DNA of 64,000 bases, from NCBI GenBank assembly GCA_002811645.1, contig PDIP01000032.1, positions 62,001-126,000 of the forward strand. The letters are read 5' to 3'. Below are positions 32,671 through 43,414 of this stretch, one piece after another (within the stretch, counting starts at the first letter, position 1; each line of letters starts with the position of its first letter). The notes under the pieces are model-generated. The model saw only the letters and a program-made list of their open reading frames with translations. It was not told the DNA's origin and made no database searches. The position numbers were made by a program, and so were the translations under genes. The stretch is from Corallochytrium limacisporum Hawaii. Its lineage: Eukaryota; Protista; Pluriformea.

Positions 32671-34695
32671 ATGGTTGTTCCGGGTGGTCTGCTCGCTCTT
32701 CCACAGGAAATCCTGCTGAACTTAGTGAAACTTCTTGAAGATGAGGATGTCTTCAATTGTGCAGCTACCTGTCGGTCGTGGCGCAAGGCGTTCCTAAGTC
32801 CAGAGGTGTACGAGGCATTGTGCACTACCCAGGGCAAAGGCCTGACCTTACCCTTGAAGGACGAGGAGGCGAATGTTCAGCAAGCACTGCGGACGGTAGA
32901 AGCCAGACAAAAGGTGCTGAAAATTGATAAGCGCATAATGCAACGCATGGATATTAAGGCTGAACTTGATCGCTTGCTGGCGGACTCCGACGGTTGGCTG
33001 TCGTGTATTCGTCAGCCATTGCACAATGGAGATGGGTCAGAATTGACGAACGACAGAGATCAAATAAACAGCGCCGAAAATGATGAGCTCTTGAACACAC
33101 ACTATCGCTGGGCCTGTGGTACCATCAGGCCCGCAGCAAAGTCATCATGGCACGATTTCTACAGAGACCTTCAACGGTTCAGCAGGGAATTTGGCAGCGA
33201 AGTTGTGGTGAGCCGGTACATTGCATACGCCATCTCAGCCTCTACCACTGATATGGAATACGGTGGGGAAACCCAGACCCTTGGTGAAACGCTGAAACCG
33301 GGATCAATGACCTTCTGGAGCAGTGAAGGCAGTGAAGACGAAGACAGCAGTGAACAGCTCATGTACGGAATTCAGTCGGGAGTGGCACTGATACGCCGTG
33401 TCTGTGTGAGGCCGTACCGTGCAGATTATCAGTTCGGAATGCCGACCTACGCACCCAAGTACATACGGATTAGCGTGAGCATGGAACCAGATAGCCATTA
33501 CACGTTCGTTTCGGAACCAATTTCAATTCGGAATGAAGATCAGTTACAGGCCTATGAGTTACCACCTACCGTGGTCCTGGGGAGATATATCCGTATCGAC
33601 CTCTATGGCCGCTGGACCCGGCAACAATTTGATAACAAATTTTACACAGTCATCAAAGATGTGCGTATCGACGGCATGAGGGCATGTGCTCTGGAATCCC
33701 TCGGATTGCACCATTTGAGTAAAGCAGTGGCCGAGCGGGCGGGAGCTGATGTTGAGCTGGAGAAGAACAAGCGCAGGTTGCCCACTTCGTTGGAAGACTT
33801 ACCAAAGAAGACAGAGGCAATCAATCTGACCCCGAGGGAGGATCTGATGAGGGTCCAAAAGTGGATCGCACAGGGGAAGTTCACCGAGGCGGCAGCGCTC
33901 GTAGCTGAGCATCCAGTGGGGTCACCAGTTCGATCGAAGACCACTTTGGATCTCTTCCAGAAGGCCACTGAAGAGTTTGTTTTGAGCAAACAGGCCGCAC
34001 AGCAGGAGTCTGATGTAACGGCTGCGTCTAGAGGCTCAGCGACATCAAATGGGAGTACAAGTCGGAGGTCGCGTTCGGGGTTGCTATCGTTTTCCTCCCA
34101 TGCAGGTAGTGGTAAGACACCGATGCGCATCCTTCTCATTCACCTCAGCCGGGGCCGTCTAAGTGAAGAAGAGACCCTGGAACTGGCAAAGGAAAGCGTG
34201 CATAGTAATGATCCGGACTTGTTGCACCACTGCCTCAGCACGGGCAAAGCACTGAGCTCTGCTGAGCTGGGGGACATTATGCGACAAAGCAAACCAGAGA
34301 CAGCGCTGTGGATCTACACTCAGGCCCATTGCATCGATCGCATTATGGATTGCCTAATTGAACTTGGTAGGGTGCAGTCCCTTGTAACCTTCCTGTCGCA
34401 CCAGACGGCGCTCCGCGATATTAACGACGAAGTCAGAATGATCATCACGTCTTTGCGTGATCGCGGCCAGGTCAACAATGCATACACGTTCTCCCTAATG
34501 GTTCTGGAGAACGTGGACGGCGTGGATCCCACCGTTGTCCTGAATGCTCTAGACATGTCACCAGATGAATACGATCCCAGCAGTGTGGACCGTCGTCTCG
34601 ATGAACTGCGGCGGATCATTTTGCGCTCCAATCTGGCCCACCGGGTTGACGATGACGGCCTCGACATGATTATCAATCGGATTCTACGAGATTGA
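32671..34695 (+). CDS. F-box protein with an At4g00755-type central domain and a clathrin heavy-chain-linker-like C-terminus
   Basis: F-box LLALPQEILLNL...CRSWR; central ISASTTD...FWSSEG...RPYRADYQFGMPTY...LQAYELP...LYGRWTRQ; C-terminal QGKFTEAA...ETLELAK...SAELGDIM...ALWIY. Confidence 0.8.
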   Translation: MVVPGGLLALPQEILLNLVKLLEDEDVFNCAATCRSWRKAFLSPEVYEALCTTQGKGLTLPLKDEEANVQQALRTVEARQKVLKIDKRIMQRMDIKAELDRLLADSDGWLSCIRQPLHNGDGSELTNDRDQINSAENDELLNTHYRWACGTIRPAAKSSWHDFYRDLQRFSREFGSEVVVSRYIAYAISASTTDMEYGGETQTLGETLKPGSMTFWSSEGSEDEDSSEQLMYGIQSGVALIRRVCVRPYRADYQFGMPTYAPKYIRISVSMEPDSHYTFVSEPISIRNEDQLQAYELPPTVVLGRYIRIDLYGRWTRQQFDNKFYTVIKDVRIDGMRACALESLGLHHLSKAVAERAGADVELEKNKRRLPTSLEDLPKKTEAINLTPREDLMRVQKWIAQGKFTEAAALVAEHPVGSPVRSKTTLDLFQKATEEFVLSKQAAQQESDVTAASRGSATSNGSTSRRSRSGLLSFSSHAGSGKTPMRILLIHLSRGRLSEEETLELAKESVHSNDPDLLHHCLSTGKALSSAELGDIMRQSKPETALWIYTQAHCIDRIMDCLIELGRVQSLVTFLSHQTALRDINDEVRMIITSLRDRGQVNNAYTFSLMVLENVDGVDPTVVLNALDMSPDEYDPSSVDRRLDELRRIILRSNLAHRVDDDGLDMIINRILRD

Positions 34696-35258
34696 GTTTT
34701 GGTTTTGCTTAAATGTGATTAGCAAAAATATTTCTTGTTTTCAATACCGTGTCTTTAATATACGGACGGTTTTAATGTCCTGATTTCGTTTGGAAGCGTT
34801 TCCCCTCAGAGTAGTTAATGTACTACGTTTTCCACAATGCGGGCCGAGTGGGCACGCCGGCAGAACCCGCAGATAGCCTAAAGCTCCGTTTGAGTCAGCA
34901 ACGGAGCGAGGGGCTCAAGCTGGAGCGGGATGGGATGGGTCCCCCGCAGTATCGAAGGGGTTCCGTGACGAGGTACAAGCTTGGATCGTTTGGAGCATCC
35001 GCTCCACTTGACGGCTGAAACACGCAACATGCGGGCGGTGGCACATGTAGCATCCTCAAGATCATGAGCATCGTTGTAAATCAGAGCTAGTGCATACTTT
35101 GATTTAATTGGGAAGACTGCACAGCAGTCCTAGTGCGATTCTAGAGTTATCGTGGTCTATTAGTGATACGTTGGATTCAACCTATGATTGACTATGTTTT
35201 GATATGCTTGAAAGTAATGTGTAACATGGGAAGTAAGTTTGGAAAATAATGCGCCATT

Positions 35259-36440
35259 CTACATCGAGTTACCGACAATAACAATGTTGTCATTGTTGAC
35301 AACCACATCATCCTCGTGCAGGCTTGACAGGTGATTTGACTTATTGCTGTCACTGTCCCCATCGGTTATGTCAAGATTACTCAGTTCCTCAATATCCTTT
35401 CCAGAGGCGTTTGAAAGGCCACGGGCCAGTTCCCGACCGCGCTTGTCAACAATGGTGATGGCAGCGTTGGCATCAAAATCACCTTCCTCTACGCTCTCAA
35501 TGCCGTCCACGGTGAGAGGCTTGCCCGCCTTCACGGAGCGGACACCTTCCTCATTTACCACAATCTTTCCTTCAACCTTGCGACCGTGCGAGATCCATCG
35601 GTTCTCCGTGTTGATAGGGGTTTCGTTGGCGGTGAAAATGGTACCGAGCTCATTGCTACCCTCAACGATGGCTTGGACGTTTTCTAGCTTCTTTGCATTG
35701 ACGATCACACAGTGGCAACCAGAGCTGCAGGCTAGGCGGGCAGCGACCACCTTGGTCTCCATACCGCCGGTACCCCAGCCGGATCCGGAACCCGTTCCGC
35801 CCAAAGAAATTCCCTCAATGGTCGCATCGATATCATTAACTACATAAATGGGCTTGGCATTAGGATCGCTGTTCGGGTTGGCTGTGTAGAGGTGGTCCAC
35901 ATCGGTCATGAGGAAAAGCCAGTCAGCGTCAACCATAGCAGCCACAATTGCGGACAGAGTATCATTGTCTCCGAATCGGAGTTCCTCAACACAATTGGTG
36001 TCGTCCTCGTTTACAATGGGAACACAGTCCATATCGAGAAGCTCCTTCATAGTGTTTCTCGCATTCTCGAAATGCTCCTTTTCGCTCACACCACCACGCG
36101 TCATCAGCAGCTGTCCGACTTGCATACCCATTTCCTGGAAAAGCGAAATGTAGCAGCCCATGAGCTTACCCTGGCCAATAGCAGCCAATGCCTGGCGCTT
36201 AGTCAGTTCCTTTGGCTTTTCAGTCAGGCCCAGAGCAATGCAACCAACGCCAACAGCACCACTGGAGACGAGGATCACCTCATGATCATCATTCCGAAGG
36301 GTACGAACAAGTTCACCGAGGCGAGAGAGAACGGAAAGACGGACATGCCCGGTGCGTTCGTCGACAATACTGCTACTGCCGATCTTAATTACAATGCGCT
36401 GAGGTCCCTCACGACGCACAACCGAATCAATTCCCGTCAT
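35259..36440 (-). CDS. PRO1: Glutamate 5-kinase with PUA domain
   Basis: IVIKIGSSSI, VSSGAV, AAIGQ, PIVNEDD, FGDNDTLSA, GTGGMETK and ELARGLSN. Confidence 0.95.
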   Translation of the reverse strand: MTGIDSVVRREGPQRIVIKIGSSSIVDERTGHVRLSVLSRLGELVRTLRNDDHEVILVSSGAVGVGCIALGLTEKPKELTKRQALAAIGQGKLMGCYISLFQEMGMQVGQLLMTRGGVSEKEHFENARNTMKELLDMDCVPIVNEDDTNCVEELRFGDNDTLSAIVAAMVDADWLFLMTDVDHLYTANPNSDPNAKPIYVVNDIDATIEGISLGGTGSGSGWGTGGMETKVVAARLACSSGCHCVIVNAKKLENVQAIVEGSNELGTIFTANETPINTENRWISHGRKVEGKIVVNEEGVRSVKAGKPLTVDGIESVEEGDFDANAAITIVDKRGRELARGLSNASGKDIEELSNLDITDGDSDSNKSNHLSSLHEDDVVVNNDNIVIVGNSM

Positions 36441-39400
36441 TGTGTTTTCTGTGTCTGTGTATATTTGATCTATAATGCACTAAGTATTGTAACAAAGAGG
36501 GACGGTTTACGGAGCCACATGACAGCCGTGCTTTGTTAACCAGCTATTCATCCACTAAATAGGCAACTTTACGAGTTTCTCAGCCTAGCTCCACACTTGT
36601 CTATGGTGGTCACTTGTGGCTTGCTTGGCCAGCCACCCTCCGTGCTTACGCTTCACACCCACCAAGGGTGTGTTGGTTGTATTCCGTAGTAGTGATGCTA
36701 CGATACTTTACGCTCTTTCGTATTCAGGCCCTCTCTCCTCCTTGTGACCGCCAGGGATGGGCTCCTGTCCCCCGATATATTTTTTTCTCCACTGAGTTCC
36801 CAGAAAACCGATGGCAGTGTTCTGGTACTGAATCAATGTCTCAAAGTCTCGGGCAAACGCGTGAGGGAAAAAGGGAATCGCGTGGTGCACAGCCAGAGTA
36901 TGCCAACCCACCCCCACCGCATGTTGAATCACGACGTTCGCCGCTCCGGCGCTTGGCGTCAGCATGAATAGGTTACCGTTCCGTTAAGCCACCATAGATC
37001 AATACAACCTTAATAACTATATTTTTGAGGGGTGACGCACCTGAATGTCTTCTTGGCGTGCAATCTCTGGGCCACGCGTCCCAGCTGTAGGTCGCTTTTG
37101 ACGGTGCACAAGAACTTGTTTGCTTCGATCGGAAGACCGAAGACATCTTCCCCCTCTTTTCTCTCCAACAGATCCTCCCCTTTCCGAACGGAGGGATCCC
37201 TGAACATTCACTATTGGAGATGATGTGAGATCGCGAGGTGGGAATGGCAGCCCCGGCATGAGTGTTTGTTACGTTTCTATCGTGGGCTATTTGGAACAGC
37301 TCGATACACCATCATTTGATTGAGACGTGACTAACTTGCACAGATAAAATGACACCCCAGCACCATCTAGTCGAGAAAAGTCTATACTTCATTATAGAAA
37401 TTTGATAGTAAAGGGAACAGCATCCAACGTTATCTGGCCCTGCGGAGGAAGGGGACGATATGAGGAGTTGACGCACTGGAATAAGAATAAAAAAGGTTGG
37501 GCTTAGCACAGTATCAGAATTGGCTACGAAACACAGTCAACAGCCCAGAAATGCGAAACTGCTGAAAATTGTGCTGATCACGAATGCTTGCACAAACTGC
37601 AACAGCGACCGCTGGCTGTCCACAACTGTGTGCAAGTGATGATGCGTATCACAGAGCGTGTGTGTATTGAGGGAAGCGGGCGTTACAAAGCTCCTCTCTC
37701 AGCTGGTGATCATTTGAAAGGCGACCGGGTCAGTGACACATTGGTCCACTACTACCACCGATTTCTAATGAATGCCTCCTCAGGCCCAGTGTACACTATT
37801 GATGGAAAGAGTACACGAAAATACGTCCACCGACATTGGACTCCCTCGACCCAACCAGTTCCGTAGTGGACTGCTTCCGTGTCGATCTCTTCTGCTGAAC
37901 TTGTTCAAATATCAGCGCAGTTGTCCAGTAAGGATAGTGGTGATCACCGTGTACCTTTCTTGAAATCATCACACGCACAAAGATGGACGTCATTCGTAAT
38001 AGACTCACTACTGCTCAATCACGCCTGGCCTCGTTTACACTCACACGTACGTAAAGAATTGCTATTTGGTACAGTGTCTGCCGATGTCCTCGATTGCTTA
38101 TACAATTTATATTGAAATCATTTTCCCACTTATCATGGGAGCAATAATACTGGCTGGGTACTGCATTTGCTTTTGAAGAACGGAACCAGGCATTCTTCCC
38201 CACCAAACAGTTTGCTCATACTCCGAGCATTGATGGAAAGGGAAAGGAACAACGCTATCGTTCGCTATGAAAAAATTAAGAGAGCCGGCAGCGATGCTCG
38301 TGAAAAAAAAAACACGGGAACCGAGACCACTGCTTGGTTCTATTCGGCACGTGGAGTATGGTTAAGTAAGATTAAGCGTAGTTTCTACATGTCTGTCTTT
38401 TTGTGGTGTTTCCTTCATTTAATACCATGGACAGCAACAACATCCATGAATGCATACTCAGTCTTCCTCCCTAAGTTGTGTCCCTTGGGACAAAACACGA
38501 ACCTTGACAGAAATACCTCAGCCACAAATATTTGCTCTCCCACCACTCATGCTTCCTACCTTGTCGTAAGTGCTCAATTATGAATAGAGAGTTTTGAAAT
38601 TGGTGCCAGATCTAAACTCTTCTCGATAGGTCATACCGTAGGACTTCCTGTCTTCCTCAGTAGATTCATAGTGAAGGATGGAGAGCCGCAAACCCGGTGA
38701 CACTCCCCCAAACCGCGGCGGCGGGGAGGGGGGAGGGGGGCCACGAGGGCCGGCATGCGATTCTCACCTGTAGCTGACAGGTTCTCCAGTGGTCAACAGT
38801 GAGTCGGGACGAGACGATTGGACCTGTCTGCCTTGTTTGCTGTAATTCGAAAACCCCACTCTTAGCCGTTCGAGTGGTAAGCCTGAGAGACGTGTGACAG
38901 ATGAGAAATTTCTCGACTTCCTTTCCCTCGGTACAAGACTATGCGGCCAAAACTACGGTCTCGCGCTATGGCGTTTTGGACGCTAAAGGACCGCGTGGTA
39001 ACAGATTACGCCGTACCGTGCCCTCTTTCTACTAAAGTTTGACAACCTGCTATATTCTCCCAGGGAAGGAGCGCTATACATTGGATACCGACATTTCCAC
39101 AACGTTGCCTGTCTCAAAGTACTAACGGAACCAAGTAAAAAAAAAAAAGAAAAAGAAAAAATCGCGTCCCACGCACAGCCACAGTTCATATCCGCACTAC
39201 TAGGCAATGTCAAACAACCAACCGCCGCAGTGCTTTCAGCATGGCTGGTCTTCCTCAAGGCTCGATGCTCATCTATAGGCGTAGACCTGTTACTAGTGGA
39301 GCTGGATAGGGCATATTTCGCGTAATGGCATACGTGTGTATGAATTTGCATCTTGGGGTGTATAGAGCCTAAAGTACTATGAATGACGTCGATGGCTTGT

Positions 39401-41952
39401 GACATGAAACGCCCCAGAGAGCCCGTTGCCGGGAACATTCATGATAATTCCTCTACTCGCCATGCAAACAACCCACTGTCCTCGCAGTGATGTCCAGCCA
39501 ATCCCAGACCTTTGAGCACGCTGAACCGCAGTAGACAAATACCGTGGCTTGCCATTTTGGTTGACTGTCTGAGTGAAAGACTAAAATGAAGTTTCATTAT
39601 TATCGGTAGTGGCGGAGGGGGGAGGAAACCGCGGTATATCTACTCCCTGCCTCTGTCTAGTTATATTTTTGCCCACAGCGCTTGGGCCTACTGGCAGCCC
39701 TCTCTGTGACGTAACTTTTTGCCTGCTCTCCACTCTGGGTTGGAGGAGGATCCACACGTTCTCTTGAAGGCCTCATTCTAAACATTCTCAACACAGTCCT
39801 ACTTCTCAGTTAGAAACGTTCACCAGAGTTGTGGTCTCAATAAGCATGTCTTGGCCTGCTTCTGACTTTGTTGGCACTGCAGTAAATTTACTTTTCGAGG
39901 GGAGGGCCTCGAAAAAGCAGCTGGGTGCCCGACCTTCGGACTCCCTTTGACAAAAAACCGGTGACCCGCCCAGGTGGACCGTCCGCTAGCGAAGAAAGAC
40001 CACTCCCCGCGATATGCGGCTGAGTACATTTTCGTAGATTTATATGGAGAATACGGGCTAAAGGGTCTGGTCGCAACGGCCTAAATTCTGACTTCGAAAC
40101 TGCGACATTTGGGTCGACTCAATGATATCGTTCCATTGTCACCTCATGGCGTCCTTTAAGAAACTGGACTTGGCATAAACCCTGTGCACCCAAGTTTTCA
40201 GAGAACGGAGGAAAGCAACCGCAGCAGTCGGAGAACTCCGCATCCGTCGTTCGCGGCGCAGTCGCCTGTGGCTTTCAGTTCATTCATCATAGAATGTGGT
40301 TGTGAGGGCTCGGAGCAAATTCAGGCAAAGGGACGTGGTGCTGATTGAGAAAGGTGGGGGATGTTTTGGTGCTACCCTACCTGCCTCGGTTTTTCCGCTA
40401 TAGCTACTACGGCACCGCAGAGAAGCGGCCAGACCCTGAACACGTCCCTTACAGGCGGCAGAACTGGGCGATTGCTCCTATCTCTGATTTGTGTGCTGGG
40501 CATGGTCCGGAGATGTCTGGGACGCTGCAGTGTATGCCAAATACTGCTAGATGCGAAACAATGAGCACAATCAGACACGGAAGAACACATGGGAGGCCTG
40601 GAACGACTACGTAGACCAGCTAACTGCAATTTCAAAGTGACCCCCTTCTTTGTTTCGTGAGCCCGCAACGTCCCTGTTCTTCGATTACTATAACTGCCCA
40701 CTATCCCTTTATCGCCATGGACGTGGGGGTCAACACTATCGGTTTGTATTTCCCTTTGTAGTAACAACAACTGAAGCTCCTCTGATAGCGAGAGGCTCTA
40801 GAGTCAGATAAGAAGGTGGCACACCATTACAGAGCACGAAAACACTTTCACCGTAAGAATTAAATTCGTGGAGTTTGCGACAACAGTAAGCATATTCAGG
40901 GCGTCGTCTTCTACTGTATTCGTGCGGGAAATTGATGTGAATGCCAGCATCCAGCAATAGGGTTGGAAAACAAATTGATCACTGTCAGTTGGGGACGACA
41001 GTGCTGCAAAAAGCAATAGCGCCATCCCCCCATATTTGGACCTGTGCTACGCATGTGGTACATTTTCTATAGAACTACTTACTTGAACGCACGCACATGG
41101 AACAATCGAACGAAGGAAGCGAGAAACATCGGAGTGAGTACAAAGTATGTATGCAGAAGGAATTTAAGCAACTGCATCAGTCCACAAGATTTGGAACATT
41201 CTCGTTGGAACTAGAAATCCCCCCAGCGTTTTCCTCGCCCTGTTCGTTGACCATCATTCTACGCTCCCATTGGTTATTCATTTGCAATGCAGAGAACATG
41301 TACAGTTCCCCTTCTGAGTTTGTGTACTTTAATCAAAGTCCTGCGTGATGGGCGGTCGATCGTTTGGTTATTGTGTTTTTTTGGAAATCGTTCTTGCATG
41401 TCTCTGGTATCGAAGCCCATCACACACGACCTCCTCCCTTAACTGGATCAGCGCGTGTTCCTTCCCCTGAGAAGGGCATTGTGTGAATGGTGATATAGTC
41501 GTGTTAAAAAAAAACAGTTCCCAACGTTTTTAAAGAAAAATCAAAAAGTTCTCTTCATTCTGACCGGTGAGGTGAGCACAACCAGGGTTCACAATCCTGT
41601 CGGTGAACCACCTTCCATGCAACCGAATGGCGCTCGCAGATTCATTACGGCCTTCAACCGTACAACGAGATTTTAATATACCTACTTCTTGTAAATCCGT
41701 TTACCGACCATTCCCGATGGGAACAGTAATCAAATCAAATAGATTTTGTGATATCGAAATCGAAAGGTGCGCGAACAATTCGAATGAAGGGGATGCGGGT
41801 CTCACTGCGGGTCTGGGGTCTCGGACGTGCCCGCAGCTCGCGAAAGGGTACTACAACGCAAATGCAAGAGAAGTAGATACAAGAACCTCATGGAAAATTC
41901 CTCTTTACTCTAAGATAATACGTTTGAATTGGTCAATGTGCCAGGAGCGATC

Positions 41953-43369
41953 ATGAAGCCAGGTAGTAGACACAGGCAAACAATACGACAGCGGATCGTT
42001 GCAATCTGCACCTCGAGATCGTATTCACCCCAGCAGGTCTTTTGGATCTTGGACACCATCAAGACAAACTTTGTGTTCAAAGTCTTGCCACAATCCAAAT
42101 CTCGTTCAGTGAAGTTCAGCATTATCGCTTTCGGCAATCATGAGATGGTAAGTACTCTGTATAAACGAAACAAGTACTGGAGCTCGACACTAATCAATCA
42201 TGTGCTGTAAGATTTCTCCGACCTATTCCGCATACCCGTTCACGGAATACAAGGGCTTTGGCGACCTTGAGAACATCCTCGTAGGAGCATCTTGTCTAAA
42301 AAAGTCCTCAACTAGCCTTGAAGAGCAGTTGAAGACATTCTTCAGCCGTGCCGAGTGGACCAAGAGTATTGGAGATGCACCCACGGTTCTCCACTTACTG
42401 TGTCGTACCGAAGAGTGCCAGTCTCTCCTGATCGCTCTACGTCAGATTCCTTACAATGAAGCCCTTCTTTCGACAAGCCTCGAAGTACTAGTACTTGATG
42501 ATGGGGTTGACATGCATGTCAATGTTTTGCAGCAACTAAAGGCGAACATTGAGCTGGCGAACCCGGTCCTTCAGGCTAAGGTTCATTGGCTGAAGACACA
42601 TGTTGACGACATTGGCGCTCAGACAAGCCTCACTCACTACTTTCAAGATATTGTTGGAAAGGATTCCTTGGATCTCATAGACAAAGTAATGACACTTGAA
42701 GTGAGCGAGACCATAAAACTTGTCTGCCAGTATCGGTTCCTGACGGTAAATGTTAGTGGGCAGTCTCGGATCCCATTCGTCCCAGCAGTTTTAACCGCAT
42801 GTGGAGTGTTGCCTGCACTGAACATACCAGCCATGCTGACCCAAGCACCGTATTTAGTGCTCAGTGATACCAACAGGGAAGGTCAGATTGGTCAGTTGCG
42901 TGCCCTGGTGGATGTCTTACGCTCTGAAAACACTGCCCTCCTTCTCGATGCCCCGGATGGGCAACGAAAGTGCAAGCTTTGGTTTCTTTTGTCCCACGTT
43001 GGCGCAAACGCCCTGCTCATGCCTGTGTCCTCCTACGAGAGTCTCGTTCTTCCGTCCATGTTGGAAACACAGGCAACGAACCAAGCTACAGGGGCAGATT
43101 TCCGTCATCAAATGTTGCTTCTACCAAGATTGACAGGCTTGCGCACTTTGGACGAGATCTGTATCCTGAGAGCCGTACTTAACCACGACCGTAGACAGCA
43201 GCGCAGGTCGTCCGCAGAGGGAAGCATGAACGACATCTATGACCTCCCGGATAGTGACAGTGAAGAAACCGTCAGACCGAATGTGAGCCTGGCTAGTGTA
43301 GATGGGCAATCCGGGAAGACAAACCGAACAGTCAAAAGGTCAAATCTCATCGTGGTCCATCAACCCTAA
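41953..43369 (+). CDS. M1AP (meiosis 1 arrest protein)-like, 2 exons (41953-42147, 42212-43369)
   Basis: An intron joins ORFs 41929 and 42200 in frame. Blocks are collinear with recalled human M1AP: SRSVKFSII/SRMSLFSLY, PFTEYKG/PFVQVKG, LRALVDVLRSENTALLL/FHALCHSLLKREWLLLA, LLMPVSSYESLVLP/LLVKAVATRELMLP. Confidence 0.65.
42148..42211 (+). other. Spliceosomal intron (64 nt) in the M1AP-like gene
   Basis: GTAAGT donor, CACTAAT branch point and TAAG acceptor; phase 0, in frame. Confidence 0.8.
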
Positions 43370-43414
43370 GTGATTGCAGAAAAGGCGTTCTTTACTCTTT
43401 ATTATTGAATACAC

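Noticed and set aside
37916-37974. C/D-like pair on the minus strand (GTGATGA...CTGA)
   Set aside because: No convincing rRNA/snRNA antisense element next to the D box and no terminal stem.
40069-40120. Resemblance to tRNA-Arg(TCG) (GGCCTAA...TCTGACTTCG...GGTCGA)
   Set aside because: No D arm, and the anticodon stem and acceptor stem do not pair; chance similarity or an unrecognisable relic.
40198-40290. C/D-like candidate on the minus strand (ATGATGA...CTGA) with short LSU-like matches (CGGAGGAAA, AACCGCAGCAG)
   Set aside because: The matches are only 9-11 nt and not correctly positioned against a D/D' box, and there is no terminal stem.
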